Shown here: positions 18,381-28,079 of the stretch, one piece after another
How positions within the stretch are numbered: position 1 is the stretch's first letter
How the letters are laid out: each line of letters starts with the position of its first letter
Assembly: GCA_965649295.1 (NCBI GenBank)
Contig: CBFGKH010000002.1
Location: forward strand, 160,001-224,000
Length of the DNA: 64,000 nt
Reading direction: 5' to 3'
DNA from: a candidate division WOR-3 bacterium
GTDB taxonomy: Bacteria > Hydrothermota > Tepidihabitantia > Tepidihabitantales > Tepidihabitantaceae
Translations under genes and position numbers: made by a program
The notes under the pieces: generated by a model
What the model was told of the DNA's origin: nothing
Databases searched by the model: none
What the model saw: only the letters and a program-made list of their open reading frames with translations

Positions 18381-19396
18381 GCGGCAACTGGCAGAAGCTG
18401 CGGCGCGAGGACCTGGGAGCCTTCCTCGATGAGCTTGCCGAGCTGGCCGAGCTCTGGGTGCCGGTCAAGCCTGCGAACCGCTGGGAGTTCGGAAGATACG
18501 AGAGGGGACAACAGGTTCAGTTCCCGGCAAGCATCATTGACACATCGGCCAAGGCGCTGTTCTTTCCGCAGCGGCGGCCGATTGCCCGCTTCAGCCCCAA
18601 GGAGAAGTGGTCGCTTGCACCGGTCGAGCCGGCAACCGCGCCACGGATCGTTATGGGCCTGCATCCGTGTGATGTGGCGGCGCTGGAACGGATGGACCGG
18701 GTGCTCGGCAGCGGTAAGCATGCTGACCGCTGGTATCAGGCTGAGCGCGCGCGCACGACGATCATCGGGATGCGCTGCGCCGCGATGAAGCCAACCTGTC
18801 ACTGTACCGACCGTGGTCTGTCGCCGGACGAGACCGCCGGGATGGATGCGGTGTTTGCTGAGGTTAGCGACGGCTGGCTATTCCGCAGCCTGACTGCCCG
18901 GGGCGCGAAGCTACTCGGGTCGAAGCTGCTACAGCCGACCAGGGAGGAGCCGGTAACCCAAGAGTGGCCGCGCGGCAACTACCCGGTGCCCAGTCCCGAT
19001 GAACTGCTCGCCATCTACGAGGACGACTTCTGGTTGGAGGCGGCAGACATCTGTCTCACCTGTGGTGCCTGTACGTTCGCCTGTCCGACCTGCACCTGTT
19101 ACCTGGTGGCCGATGAGAAGACGGGCGATGAGGGCGAGCGGGTGACGGCGTGGGATTCTTGTCAGTTTCTCGCCTACTCGCGCGAGACTAGCGGCCACAA
19201 CCCGCGCCGGACTAATGCGGCCCGGCTGCGCAATCGGACCCTGGACAAGTTCGCCTATAGCCACTACAAGCATGGTGCCGGTTCGTGCATTGGCTGCGGC
19301 CGCTGCGTCATTATCTGTCCGATACGAAGGTCATTCCCGCAACTCGGAGCAAAGCTGAAGAAGCGGGTTGAGGAAATGAAGGTGGCAGGGAAGTGA
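18377..19396 (+). CDS. flxB: FlxB / AsrA-like 4Fe-4S protein
   Basis: HPCD, CLTCGACTFACPTCTC, WDSC, CIGCGRCVIICP. Confidence 0.75.
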   Translation: MSGNWQKLRREDLGAFLDELAELAELWVPVKPANRWEFGRYERGQQVQFPASIIDTSAKALFFPQRRPIARFSPKEKWSLAPVEPATAPRIVMGLHPCDVAALERMDRVLGSGKHADRWYQAERARTTIIGMRCAAMKPTCHCTDRGLSPDETAGMDAVFAEVSDGWLFRSLTARGAKLLGSKLLQPTREEPVTQEWPRGNYPVPSPDELLAIYEDDFWLEAADICLTCGACTFACPTCTCYLVADEKTGDEGERVTAWDSCQFLAYSRETSGHNPRRTNAARLRNRTLDKFAYSHYKHGAGSCIGCGRCVIICPIRRSFPQLGAKLKKRVEEMKVAGK

Positions 19397-20208
19397 GTCG
19401 CAGCGAGCTCGTCCCGCGGCCGGCACAGCTGGTGCGGGTCGTCAACGAGTCGGCAGATGTGAAGAGCTTTGAGCTTGAGTTTCTTGACGGCGCGAAGCTA
19501 GAAGCGCTGCCCGGTCAGTTTGTCGAGGTGTCGGTGCAGGGCTACGGTGAGGCGACGTTCGCAGTCAGTCGGCTCGCCCCTGACCACAAGCGCTTCTGGG
19601 TCTCGGTTAAGCGGATGGGCCATCTCACCAAGATGCTGCACCGCCTGGCTGCGGGTGAGACAGTGGGCGCGCGCGGGCCTTACGGCAAACCATTCCCGGT
19701 TGCAGACTGGAAGGGTAGGAGCATCTACATCATCGGCGGCGGCATCGGGCTAGCTCCGTTGCGGCCAGTAGTGGACTACGTGCTTCAGCACCGGTCAGAC
19801 TATGCCGGAATCGAGATTCTCTTTGGTGCGCGAACGCCGCAGGACATGCTGTTCAAAGATGACCTTGCGACGTGGCAGGCAGATAGCGCTGTCCGGTTGC
19901 ATACGACGATTGACTACCCGGCTGAAGGCTGGAATGGTCGTGTTGGGTTCGTGCCAGTAGTCACCAAGGACCTTGGGCTCAGACCGGACAACCGGATTGC
20001 GGTAGTCTGCGGCCCGCCGATAATGATTAAGTTGACCGCGGCCGCGCTGCGGGAGCTGGGCTGGCCTGAAGGATCAATCTACACCACACTCGAGATGAAG
20101 ATGCAGTGCGGCATCGGCCAATGCGGCCGTTGCAATATCGGCCCGAAGCTGGTCTGCAAGGACGGGCCGGTCTTCAGACTCGACGAAATCCCCGGCTGGG
20201 CACTCTAG
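19393..20208 (+). CDS. flxA: FlxA / AsrB-like FAD/NAD(P)-binding [2Fe-2S] subunit
   Basis: PGQF, RGPYG, GGGIGLAPLR, CGPPIM, MQCGIGQCGRC...CKDGPVF. Confidence 0.82.
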   Translation: MSRSELVPRPAQLVRVVNESADVKSFELEFLDGAKLEALPGQFVEVSVQGYGEATFAVSRLAPDHKRFWVSVKRMGHLTKMLHRLAAGETVGARGPYGKPFPVADWKGRSIYIIGGGIGLAPLRPVVDYVLQHRSDYAGIEILFGARTPQDMLFKDDLATWQADSAVRLHTTIDYPAEGWNGRVGFVPVVTKDLGLRPDNRIAVVCGPPIMIKLTAAALRELGWPEGSIYTTLEMKMQCGIGQCGRCNIGPKLVCKDGPVFRLDEIPGWAL

Positions 20209-20236
20209 GCCCAGCGGTTATCACGCGATTCGACTC

Positions 20237-20749
20237 TCAGCCGATGGGCCGGACAAGGCGGGTGCTGAGCGGTTTGTACCCGAGCCGTTTGAAGAAGGCG
20301 GCGGCCGGCCGGTTGAACTCATAGACGTTGAGCTGAATCTCGGTTGCGCCTCGCCTTTGTGCCCAATCGGCAACCGCGTTCATCAGGGCAGTGGCGATAC
20401 CGCGGCGGCGATATTCTGGCCGGACAACGATGCCGCGCACGAGAACCGACTTGATGGGCCGCTTCTGCGGGTAGTCGGGCATCGTCGCAATACCGGCATT
20501 GATGATGCCGACTGCTCGGCCGTCAAGCTCAGCGATGCGCAGGAAGGTGTTCGGGTCGGCCATCAGCTTCTCAGTGCTGTCCTGGCGGCGCAGCGGGCCT
20601 TCGGGTTTACGGAACCGCTCGGGCAGGGCCTCGCGGTGGGGCGCATCAAGGTACTCAGCCAGCTCGCAAATCAGCTCGTAGTCAGCCGGTACTGCTGGTC
20701 GGATTGAGAGAGCAGGCGGAGACTTGAAGGCAGAATGAGAAGTGGTCAA
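20237..20749 (-). CDS. GNAT family N-acetyltransferase
   Basis: VRPEYRRRGIATALM acetyl-CoA motif; NVYEFN..A..FF..LGY. Confidence 0.88.
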   Translation of the reverse strand: MTTSHSAFKSPPALSIRPAVPADYELICELAEYLDAPHREALPERFRKPEGPLRRQDSTEKLMADPNTFLRIAELDGRAVGIINAGIATMPDYPQKRPIKSVLVRGIVVRPEYRRRGIATALMNAVADWAQRRGATEIQLNVYEFNRPAAAFFKRLGYKPLSTRLVRPIG

Positions 20750-20778
20750 TCTTCAGTGAAGCGTTGTTGCTACCATCC

Positions 20779-21597
20779 TTAGCTTGGCCAGGCCAGTGAG
20801 AGGCCCATCCCGAGTGTCTGCTTCAACCGAACCGCTTTGATGATGTTCTCATCGTAGAGAAGTTGGAAGAAGAGCTTGCCGGAGAGGGCGCGGTTGAAGC
20901 GGGCCGAAAGTTCGTGCTGCCAGTCAACCTGGGGCACAGGATTGACCGGAGTGCTGGTGAAGGCAATCAGCGGCTCATAGACAGTGAGCTGGGTTGAGTA
21001 GCCGGCGTTCTTTGAGAAGACAATAGTCTTGAAGGCAGTTATCCAGCTCAGGCCAGCATCGGCAACCATCGGCGACGGCGTGGTCCAAAGCTGGCGTGCG
21101 GAGAAGCCGAGCTGGGAGGATAGGAACCGGGTCGAGTCGTCATAGAACTTGCGGCCCGCACCCATCGTTTCGAGGAGCTGAAGTGGATTGAGCCAGCGGG
21201 TCTGAGTTGGATCGGACTGGTCAACAAACTGGGACTTGAGCTGGGCCGAGACAAGCGGGTCAACCCAGGCCCCAAGGGTGAAGCGCAACACCTCGTCGAG
21301 CTGAATCTTATCTTCCGACTTGGAGCGGTCCCAGGTCACCGAATCACGCTGGGTGAGCTGCTGACCGAAGGCCAGGACGCCAGCGTGGTCGAACCGAACC
21401 GGCTTCGCTAACTGGATACCGGCAGCGTGGCCGAGCGTGGCAGTGAGCGAGGCTGAGGTCTTCTCAGTGCCCTGCCAGTTACTTGAGTAGTAGCCCTCGT
21501 TGAAGATGAGGTCAAAGCCTAGCTTCTGGGTCCAGTTCTGGGCAGCGAGCGGCGCGGCCAGCGCTACAGTGGTTGCGAGCACTAACAGTCGTCTCAT
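20779..21597 (-). CDS. DUF3078-like outer-membrane beta-barrel protein
   Basis: Signal peptide, YYSSNWQG, KSEDKI, QLLYD..KQTLGMGL; RBS aaggagg. Confidence 0.6.
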   Translation of the reverse strand: MRRLLVLATTVALAAPLAAQNWTQKLGFDLIFNEGYYSSNWQGTEKTSASLTATLGHAAGIQLAKPVRFDHAGVLAFGQQLTQRDSVTWDRSKSEDKIQLDEVLRFTLGAWVDPLVSAQLKSQFVDQSDPTQTRWLNPLQLLETMGAGRKFYDDSTRFLSSQLGFSARQLWTTPSPMVADAGLSWITAFKTIVFSKNAGYSTQLTVYEPLIAFTSTPVNPVPQVDWQHELSARFNRALSGKLFFQLLYDENIIKAVRLKQTLGMGLSLAWPS

Positions 21598-21755
21598 CGG
21601 CACCTCCTTGGTCATATAGCGAGAGTAGCGGCGGTTGGCGTGAGGTCAAGAAGCGAATGGCTTGGGCTGGGCCAGCGGGATGGGGCTTGACCGGTTCGGG
21701 TTAGTGGCTAGTCTGTGGGTAGGTTGGCAGGGAGACGGGGAAAAGAGAGGAGAAG

Positions 21756-22601
21756 ATGAAACAACAGGTCAGTATCGGGCTGGTGCTTGTCGCCCTTTGG
21801 GCGCAGGCGACTTATCTTATCGGTCGGAGCGGAACAGTAGTGAAACCGTTTCAGGTCTTCTTCTGGGTCAATTCTAGCTATTCTCAGACCAAGTTTGCCT
21901 ACGACTGGGATTACCGGTCTTGGCGGGAGATGGGGGAAGATGACCGGGTGACGACAACCAGCGCCGAAATAACGGCCGCGCTGGGGCTGCCCGGTCGATT
22001 CGAATTGGGACTGACCTTGCCAGTGATATCAAGGCAACTGACCCTGCCCGGTGCAATCAGTCCAAGCGGGCTTGGTGATATGATGGTACACGCCCGCTGG
22101 GGAGCCCTGCCAAGCCGCCTTCTGCCGGTGAAGGCAGCCCTGACTGTGGGCGCGAATCTGCCGACCTCGTCACAGATTCCGGCGCGGATGGTGGGCGACA
22201 GGACAGTTGATGTCGGTGCAGGGCTCGCTTTGGTGACGACCGGTCTTGGCAGACTGGTCCTCCATGGTCGGGCCGGCTACTGGTGGAACGGCAGAACCAA
22301 TGACACGACCAAGCTTGGGAACCTATTTGAGTATGTGGCGGTCGTTGACTACGCGGTGGCCAACTGGCTAGTGCCGGAGATTGCCCTGTCAGGTGCTATT
22401 ACCGGCCCCAAAGAGATTGGAGGCACAGCGGTCACTAGGACGGAGTCGAGGGTTCACAATGTCGGCCTGCTGCTTCTGCTCAAACCGATTCCGCAACTGG
22501 TGGTGCGGCCCAAAGCGTCACTGCCGCTGAGGTCGGTATCGAGCGGCGGCAGGCTACCGCCGTTTGCGGTGGGATTTGATGTCTGGGCCACAATCCTTTG
22601 A
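21756..22601 (+). CDS. Putative outer-membrane beta-barrel ('transporter'/MetA-pathway-like)
   Basis: Signal peptide, ELGLTLP, SGLGD..V..RW, alternating beta strands. Confidence 0.55.
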   Translation: MKQQVSIGLVLVALWAQATYLIGRSGTVVKPFQVFFWVNSSYSQTKFAYDWDYRSWREMGEDDRVTTTSAEITAALGLPGRFELGLTLPVISRQLTLPGAISPSGLGDMMVHARWGALPSRLLPVKAALTVGANLPTSSQIPARMVGDRTVDVGAGLALVTTGLGRLVLHGRAGYWWNGRTNDTTKLGNLFEYVAVVDYAVANWLVPEIALSGAITGPKEIGGTAVTRTESRVHNVGLLLLLKPIPQLVVRPKASLPLRSVSSGGRLPPFAVGFDVWATIL

Positions 22602-22633
22602 AGCGCCCGATAACCGAAAGGAGTCTAACAGGT

Positions 22634-22801
22634 ATGAAACCAGCAAAGACCGGCGATGTGCTGCACTGCTCCAAGTGCGGCGTGGAAGTGACTGTTACGA
22701 AGGACTGCGGCTGTAACGACTGCAACATCATCTGCTGCGGCCAGCCGATGACACCGGTGAAAGATAGTCCCAAGTCCGGCAGTTGTTGCTGCTGCGGTTA
22801 G
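22634..22801 (+). CDS. Small Cys-rich metal-binding protein (desulforedoxin-like N-terminus, CCCC tail)
   Basis: 55 aa with 11 Cys: CSKC...CGCNDC..CCGQPM...CCCC; RBS aggag; hairpin 22820-22844 follows. Confidence 0.7.
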   Translation: MKPAKTGDVLHCSKCGVEVTVTKDCGCNDCNIICCGQPMTPVKDSPKSGSCCCCG

Positions 22802-22891
22802 CCGATAACCATCCTCCGAACCGGCCTGGCTCTGCCGGGCCGGTCTTGCTGTCTTCTTGACTTAGTCGGGGTGGTTTCTAAGCTGGCAAGT

Positions 22892-23377
22892 GTGGCAGAG
22901 TCCCGCATTGCCCGGATAATTGACGTCAATCTCAATCGTCTGACTGAAGGACTGCGGGTGGTTGAAGACGTGGTCCGGCTGGGCTTTGAGGACCGGAGCC
23001 TGCTGACGGCTGTCCGCCGGCTTCGGACCGATGTTGGCACCTGTCTACGGAGGCTGCGACGGCGGGTGATGCGGGAGCGAAAGAGCGAGCAGGACATGGG
23101 GCGTGAGGAGAGGTTTGATCGAACCCGGCGCCGGAGCCTTGAGGATATCTTGTTTGCCAACCTCAAACGGGCTGAGGAAGCCTGCCGGGTACTGGAGGAA
23201 TCGCTGAAGGTGTTTGAGCCGGAACTGGCGCCGCGGGTGAAGGAGTTCCGGTTCCGACTCTACGACCTCGAGGGGGCAGCCGCCCGGCAGCTTGACTTGC
23301 CTAGACCCACTCCTATACTCAGCCGACAATTGCCAAACAACAGGAGGCGGCATGCCGAAAGACGACGAAAAAGCTAA
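22892..23377 (+). CDS. Stand-alone ThiD2-like domain (N-terminal domain of some thiamine-phosphate synthases)
   Basis: [19 protein letters not shown]...[15 protein letters not shown]...RFRLYDLE; start set by TTGACT-N16-TAAGCT-N7-GTG. Confidence 0.75.
   Translation: MAESRIARIIDVNLNRLTEGLRVVEDVVRLGFEDRSLLTAVRRLRTDVGTCLRRLRRRVMRERKSEQDMGREERFDRTRRRSLEDILFANLKRAEEACRVLEESLKVFEPELAPRVKEFRFRLYDLEGAAARQLDLPRPTPILSRQLPNNRRRHAERRRKS
23292..23319 (+). promoter_or_regulatory. recA promoter
   Basis: TTGACT-N16-TATACT. Confidence 0.65.
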
Positions 23378-24419
23378 AGCACTTGCCAACGCACTCGGTC
23401 AGATTGAAAAGCAGTTCGGCAAGGGCTCGGTGATGCGAATGGGTGATGAGAATGCCGTCGTGGCGGTGGAAGGAATTCCCACCGGGTCAATTGGGCTCGA
23501 TGCGATTCTGGGTATCGGTGGCGTGCCGCGCGGCCGGTTTGTAGAAATCTTCGGCCCGGAAGCGTCGGGCAAGACGACATTGGTGCTGCACATTATTGCT
23601 GAGTGTCAGAAGCTTGGCGGTACCTGTGCGTTCATTGATGCCGAGAATGCGCTTGACTCGGGTTATGCTGCCAAGTTGGGGGTGGACCTCGATTCGCTCC
23701 TTGTCTCCCAACCCGATTCCGGTGAGCAGGCGCTGGAGATTGCCGAGGTGCTGACCCGCTCTGGTGGGATTGACCTTTTCGTGATTGACTCGGTAGCGGC
23801 GCTGGTGCCCCGGGCCGAGATTGAGGGCGAGATGGGCGATGCGTTTGTCGGCGTTCAGGCCCGGCTGATGTCGCAGGCGATGCGGAAGCTTTCGGGCGTG
23901 GCCGCCCGGACCAAGACCTGCGCTATCTTCACCAACCAGATTCGGCAGAAGATCGGCGTGATGTTTGGGAATCCGGAGACGACGACCGGCGGACTGGCCC
24001 TCAAGTTCTACGCAACGATGCGACTTGACATTCGCCGGATGGCAGCAATCAAGAAGGACGAGACGGTTATCGGTGCCCGCACCCGGGTCAAGGTTGTCAA
24101 GAACAAGGTGGCGCCGCCGTTCCGCGAGACGGAGTTTGACCTTATCTACGGTCAGGGCATCTCGCGGCTGGGCGAGTTGGTTGACCTTGGTGTCGAGCAG
24201 GGCATTTTCACCAAGTCGGGGTCGTGGTATCTCTATGGCGACCTCCGCATCGGTCAGGGCCGGGATGCGGCAATCGAGTTCCTGCGCGAGAACAAGCCGA
24301 CTGCGGCCAAGGCCGAGGCTCAGCTTTATGAGAAGCTGAAGATACCGCGGCCGGCCAGAATCACCTCGCGCGCGGCTGAAGATGAAGATAACCGCGCTCC
24401 AGCCGCAAAAAAGAAATAG
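23352..24419 (+). CDS. recA: Recombinase A
   Basis: [40 protein letters not shown] aggagg. Confidence 0.98.
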   Translation: MPKDDEKAKALANALGQIEKQFGKGSVMRMGDENAVVAVEGIPTGSIGLDAILGIGGVPRGRFVEIFGPEASGKTTLVLHIIAECQKLGGTCAFIDAENALDSGYAAKLGVDLDSLLVSQPDSGEQALEIAEVLTRSGGIDLFVIDSVAALVPRAEIEGEMGDAFVGVQARLMSQAMRKLSGVAARTKTCAIFTNQIRQKIGVMFGNPETTTGGLALKFYATMRLDIRRMAAIKKDETVIGARTRVKVVKNKVAPPFRETEFDLIYGQGISRLGELVDLGVEQGIFTKSGSWYLYGDLRIGQGRDAAIEFLRENKPTAAKAEAQLYEKLKIPRPARITSRAAEDEDNRAPAAKKK

Positions 24420-25005
24420 CCGGCGCGTCGCGGTCTACCTCGACGGAACGTTCCTGTTTGGGCTGTCAGCGCAGACTGTCCGGGCAACGGGTCTGCGGGT
24501 GGGGATGGAGGTTGACCGGGCCGCACTCGACCGGATTGCTCGCGAGGAGCAACTGCTCCAGGCGCGCAACTACGCCTTCCGACTCCTCTCCTACAAGGCA
24601 AGAACTACTGCCGAGCTGAAGCAGCGGCTTGGACGGAGGGGATTCGGGCCGGAGATAGTTGCGGCGACACTTGACCGGCTCCGCGAACTGCGGCTGCTTG
24701 ATGATGAGGGATTCGCCCGACAGTTTGTTGAGGACCGGGTGCGGGTCGGTCACCGTGGTCGGCTGCGGGTTCGTGCTGAGCTGGCCAAACGGGGAATTGA
24801 ACGGCAGCAAATTGAGGCGGCGCTAGCGGATGCGCCGGACGAGGTGGCGGCTGCTCAAGCGGTCGCTGACAAGTACCGCCGCCGCAACCGGCGGCTCGAA
24901 CCGGCGGTATTGCGACGGCGGCTATACGGTTTCTTGGCCCGACGCGGGTTCACGCCCGACACTATCAGCCGCGTGATTGGGTGTGAGGAAGCAGAGGAAC
25001 AGTGA
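24382..25005 (+). CDS. recX: Regulatory protein RecX
   Basis: Follows rec[28 protein letters not shown]. Confidence 0.9.
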   Translation: MKITALQPQKRNSRRVAVYLDGTFLFGLSAQTVRATGLRVGMEVDRAALDRIAREEQLLQARNYAFRLLSYKARTTAELKQRLGRRGFGPEIVAATLDRLRELRLLDDEGFARQFVEDRVRVGHRGRLRVRAELAKRGIERQQIEAALADAPDEVAAAQAVADKYRRRNRRLEPAVLRRRLYGFLARRGFTPDTISRVIGCEEAEEQ

Positions 25006-26408
25006 AACCGTCAGGAGTTTGGGGACTGCTGGCGCTGGTGATTGTCGCGGCTGGGCAGCCGGTTAGCTGGGATAGTATCGTGCCGCTGACGACCAATCCG
25101 GCGATGCAGACACTGGGCAGCGGTGGACAGCGGAGCATTGCGGTTGATGGAAGTGGTAACCTGCACGTTGTCTGGCTGGATAACCGTTCGGTTCCATACC
25201 AGGTCTGGTATCGTCGTTACGATAACTCGACAGGGACTTGGCTGGCCGAGACAGTGCTGTCGGCGCGGACGGCCAACTGTTTTGCACCGGCAGTGGCGTG
25301 CGATGGTGAGAACGGGGTTCACGTTGTCTGGCATGTTGAGGCTGGAAATCAGCCGGGTATCTGGTACAAGCGCTACAGCGCAGCGGCGCGCCGCTGGCAG
25401 GCCGACACCTTGCTGGTACCGGCATCATCACCAGGCATCCTCCTGGCGCCGGCAATCTGCTGCCGGCCGGGTACGCGGGTCGTTCATCTTGCCTGGCACG
25501 GTAACGTTGACACGTTGCTCTACATGCCGGTGTTCCATCGTGAGCTGCTGCCGGATTCAGGCTGGCGGCCAGTAGAAATCGTAAGCGAGTATCCTTGCGG
25601 GCACAGCAACGCGGCAATTGCCTGCGACAGCGCCGGTGACCTCTGCTTGGCGTGGGCTGGTTATGACTTCGGTGCTACCAGCCAGCAGCTATTCTGCCGT
25701 CGCCGCGTCGCCGGTGTCTGGCAGGCAACCGAGCTCGTATCCGGCAATACTGGCATGGGTGCGCAGTATCTGCCCGCGGTTGCGGCTGGCCAGAACGGCT
25801 GGTTTGGTGTTGCCTGGTATGGGGTGCTGAACTCGTGGCAGCGGGTTTTCTACCGGCAGTGGACCGGTAGTCGCTGGCTGGAGATTGAGGAGGTGAGCGG
25901 TGGGGTGCAGCGGCAGCAGCGGCACGTGTCGGTTGCGTGTCGGGGACAGGGTGAGGCTTGGGCAGTCTGGGCCGGGCAGGACTCGGCAGTGCCGCCAAAC
26001 TACCAGTTGCGGTTTGGTCGGCGCAATCCGGCTGGCGGCTGGTTTGTGCCCGAAAGCCTGACCAGTTTTCCGACTGGTGATGTTGGAGCGCCCTGCATTG
26101 CCTATGCTGCGGGCTCGAACCTGCACGTGGTCTGGTGGGATGACCACACTGGGGACAAGGACATCTATTATCGCTGCGGGACTTTGCCGCTCGCTGTTGC
26201 CGAAGAACCGCCGGCCCAGCCCAAGCCAGTAGCCGGTACTCAGGCAATCATCTTTGATGCGACTGGACGGGTAGTGGGGGTCAGAACAGTTCAGGCCGAA
26301 ACTGTCGGCAGTCGGCAGTTCAGTCTGGCCGGGCTTGGTTCGGGTGTTTACTTTGTCCGCTGGGCAGCCGATGCGGGGAGCACGATTCGGGTGGTGCTCT
26401 GTCGCTGA
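25002..26408 (+). CDS. Secreted beta-propeller-like protein with short T9SS-like tail
   Basis: Signal peptide, repeated GNLHVVW..D motifs, tail FDATGR...GVYFVR. Confidence 0.65.
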   Translation: MKPSGVWGLLALVIVAAGQPVSWDSIVPLTTNPAMQTLGSGGQRSIAVDGSGNLHVVWLDNRSVPYQVWYRRYDNSTGTWLAETVLSARTANCFAPAVACDGENGVHVVWHVEAGNQPGIWYKRYSAAARRWQADTLLVPASSPGILLAPAICCRPGTRVVHLAWHGNVDTLLYMPVFHRELLPDSGWRPVEIVSEYPCGHSNAAIACDSAGDLCLAWAGYDFGATSQQLFCRRRVAGVWQATELVSGNTGMGAQYLPAVAAGQNGWFGVAWYGVLNSWQRVFYRQWTGSRWLEIEEVSGGVQRQQRHVSVACRGQGEAWAVWAGQDSAVPPNYQLRFGRRNPAGGWFVPESLTSFPTGDVGAPCIAYAAGSNLHVVWWDDHTGDKDIYYRCGTLPLAVAEEPPAQPKPVAGTQAIIFDATGRVVGVRTVQAETVGSRQFSLAGLGSGVYFVRWAADAGSTIRVVLCR

Positions 26409-26480
26409 GCCGGTGGTGGTCTTGACCGAAACGCGGCCGGCGCGATAATCTGGTTACAAACCTAACCCAAAGGAGTGAGG

Positions 26481-26729
26481 ATGAACTGCTCGACAATCAT
26501 GGCTGTGCGAATTGACAAACGGCTGAAAGAAGCAGTGAAGGTCCAGGAAGTCCTGACCAAGCATGGTTGTATCATCAACCTGCGTATCGGTCTGCACGAG
26601 ACAACGAACGTTTGCGCCGATTCCGGACTAATCCTGCTCAGTCTCTGTGGCACAAAGAAAGAGGTGGCCGCACTCAAGGCTGACCTTGCCCGGATTAAGG
26701 GTATCAAGGTCAAGACGATGAGTGTTTAG
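26481..26729 (+). CDS. TM1266-like ACT-fold protein (putative Fe-only hydrogenase system regulator family)
   Basis: R..EAVKVQEVLTKHGCII..RIGLHE pattern; promoter TTGACC-N16-GATAAT. Confidence 0.6.
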   Translation: MNCSTIMAVRIDKRLKEAVKVQEVLTKHGCIINLRIGLHETTNVCADSGLILLSLCGTKKEVAALKADLARIKGIKVKTMSV

Positions 26730-26745
26730 TCAGACCGCGGGTAGA

Positions 26746-27312
26746 ATGGACGTCATCACTGCTATTGGTGAGCGGCGGGCCTACCGCTCGCTGGCACCGG
26801 TCGAAATCAGTGATGAGCTGATTCGGGACCTGGCCCGTTGTGCCCAGCTTGCACCGACCTGCTTCAACAATCAGCCGGCCCGGTTTGTGTTTGTCCGCTC
26901 GGCAGCGGTGCTGGCGCAGTTGCGGCCGGCTTTCAGCCGGGGCAATGAGTGGTGCCATGCCGCTTCCTTGGTCATTGCCGTCTGTGCTCAGCGTGAGGCA
27001 GATTGCATCATCAAGGACCGTGAGTATTACGGGTTTGACTGCGGACTGCAGACTGCCTTGCTCGTGCTGCGGGCGACTGAACTCGGGCTGGTGGCGCATC
27101 CGATTGCCGGGTTCAGTCCAGAGAAGGTGCGCGCGGTGCTGGGCATTCCGGCAACGTTTGCGGTGCTGACGCTGGTGATTGTGGGACGGCGGGCGGATAC
27201 CATCAGTCCCGTGCTCTCCGAGCAGCAGGTTGCGGCCGAGCGAGAGCGGCCAGCCCGGTTGCCATTGGCCGAGGTGATGTTCATTGACCACTGGCCGGCG
27301 GAGGAGAGATGA
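26746..27312 (+). CDS. Nitroreductase family protein
   Basis: AIGERRAYR, LAPTCFNNQP, DCG...LLVLRATELGLVAHPIAGF. Confidence 0.88.
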   Translation: MDVITAIGERRAYRSLAPVEISDELIRDLARCAQLAPTCFNNQPARFVFVRSAAVLAQLRPAFSRGNEWCHAASLVIAVCAQREADCIIKDREYYGFDCGLQTALLVLRATELGLVAHPIAGFSPEKVRAVLGIPATFAVLTLVIVGRRADTISPVLSEQQVAAERERPARLPLAEVMFIDHWPAEER

Positions 27313-27566
27313 CATTTCTGCGCAAGCTCCATCTCTACCTTGGGTTCACCCTAGTGCCGTTTCTGGTGGTAACTGCCGTGACTGGAGCGCATATCCTTTT
27401 GACCGGCAGCTATCGGACCCTGAAGTGGCATAGCTGGTTTCGCTGGGGCGGGCTGGCGCTGGCCCTGGGGCTGCTCCTGCTGGCGGTGACGGGTTCAATT
27501 CTCTATCTGAACATGCGCATCAACCAGTGGCGACGTCGGGCCCAGCAGTCAGGGGCCAAGGGCTGA
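27309..27566 (+). CDS. Small PepSY-associated-TM-like membrane protein
   Basis: LRKLHLYLG...VTG...KWH...VTG; two TM helices. Confidence 0.55.
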   Translation: MTFLRKLHLYLGFTLVPFLVVTAVTGAHILLTGSYRTLKWHSWFRWGGLALALGLLLLAVTGSILYLNMRINQWRRRAQQSGAKG

Positions 27567-27569
27567 TCT

Positions 27570-28079
27570 TTGCAGGAACGCGGTCGGGTTGTCGAGGCGG
27601 GCAACGGCCGAGCTGTGGTTGAGGTCGCGGCCAGTGGCGGTTGTGGTCACTGTTCAGCCCGTTCGCTCTGTAACTGGACAGGTAGTAGCACCCGCCAGTT
27701 GCTGGCGCGGGACGAAGTTGGTGTCCGGCCTGGCGAGCAGGTATTGCTGGAACACCCGGTCCGGGTCGGGTCGAACTTGCTGGTGTTCGGTGTACCAGCA
27801 CTGGGACTGCTGACCGGTATCCTTCTCGGCGGGCTATTTCTTTCTGACCAGTGGGCAGCGGCGCTGGGCGGTATCGGCCTGCTGGTCGGAGTTGGGGTAG
27901 TAAAGTTTCTTGACCGGGCGGCAAATCGGTCAGGTCGGATTCTGCCGGTTGTCGTTCAGAGAGTCGAATCAGACGGAGGCGAGAACTGTGAGAGTAGTGA
28001 TGACAGTGCTGGCAGTGCTGCTAGTGGCCGGTTGTCGGCAGGCGCCACGGATGCAGCTGACCAATCTGGAGCACAGTGA
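27570..28079 (+). CDS. RseC/MucC-family protein
   Basis: E.G.VV...A.V...GCGHCSARSLC, two TM helices. Confidence 0.75.
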   Translation: MQERGRVVEAGNGRAVVEVAASGGCGHCSARSLCNWTGSSTRQLLARDEVGVRPGEQVLLEHPVRVGSNLLVFGVPALGLLTGILLGGLFLSDQWAAALGGIGLLVGVGVVKFLDRAANRSGRILPVVVQRVESDGGENCESSDDSAGSAASGRLSAGATDAADQSGAQ

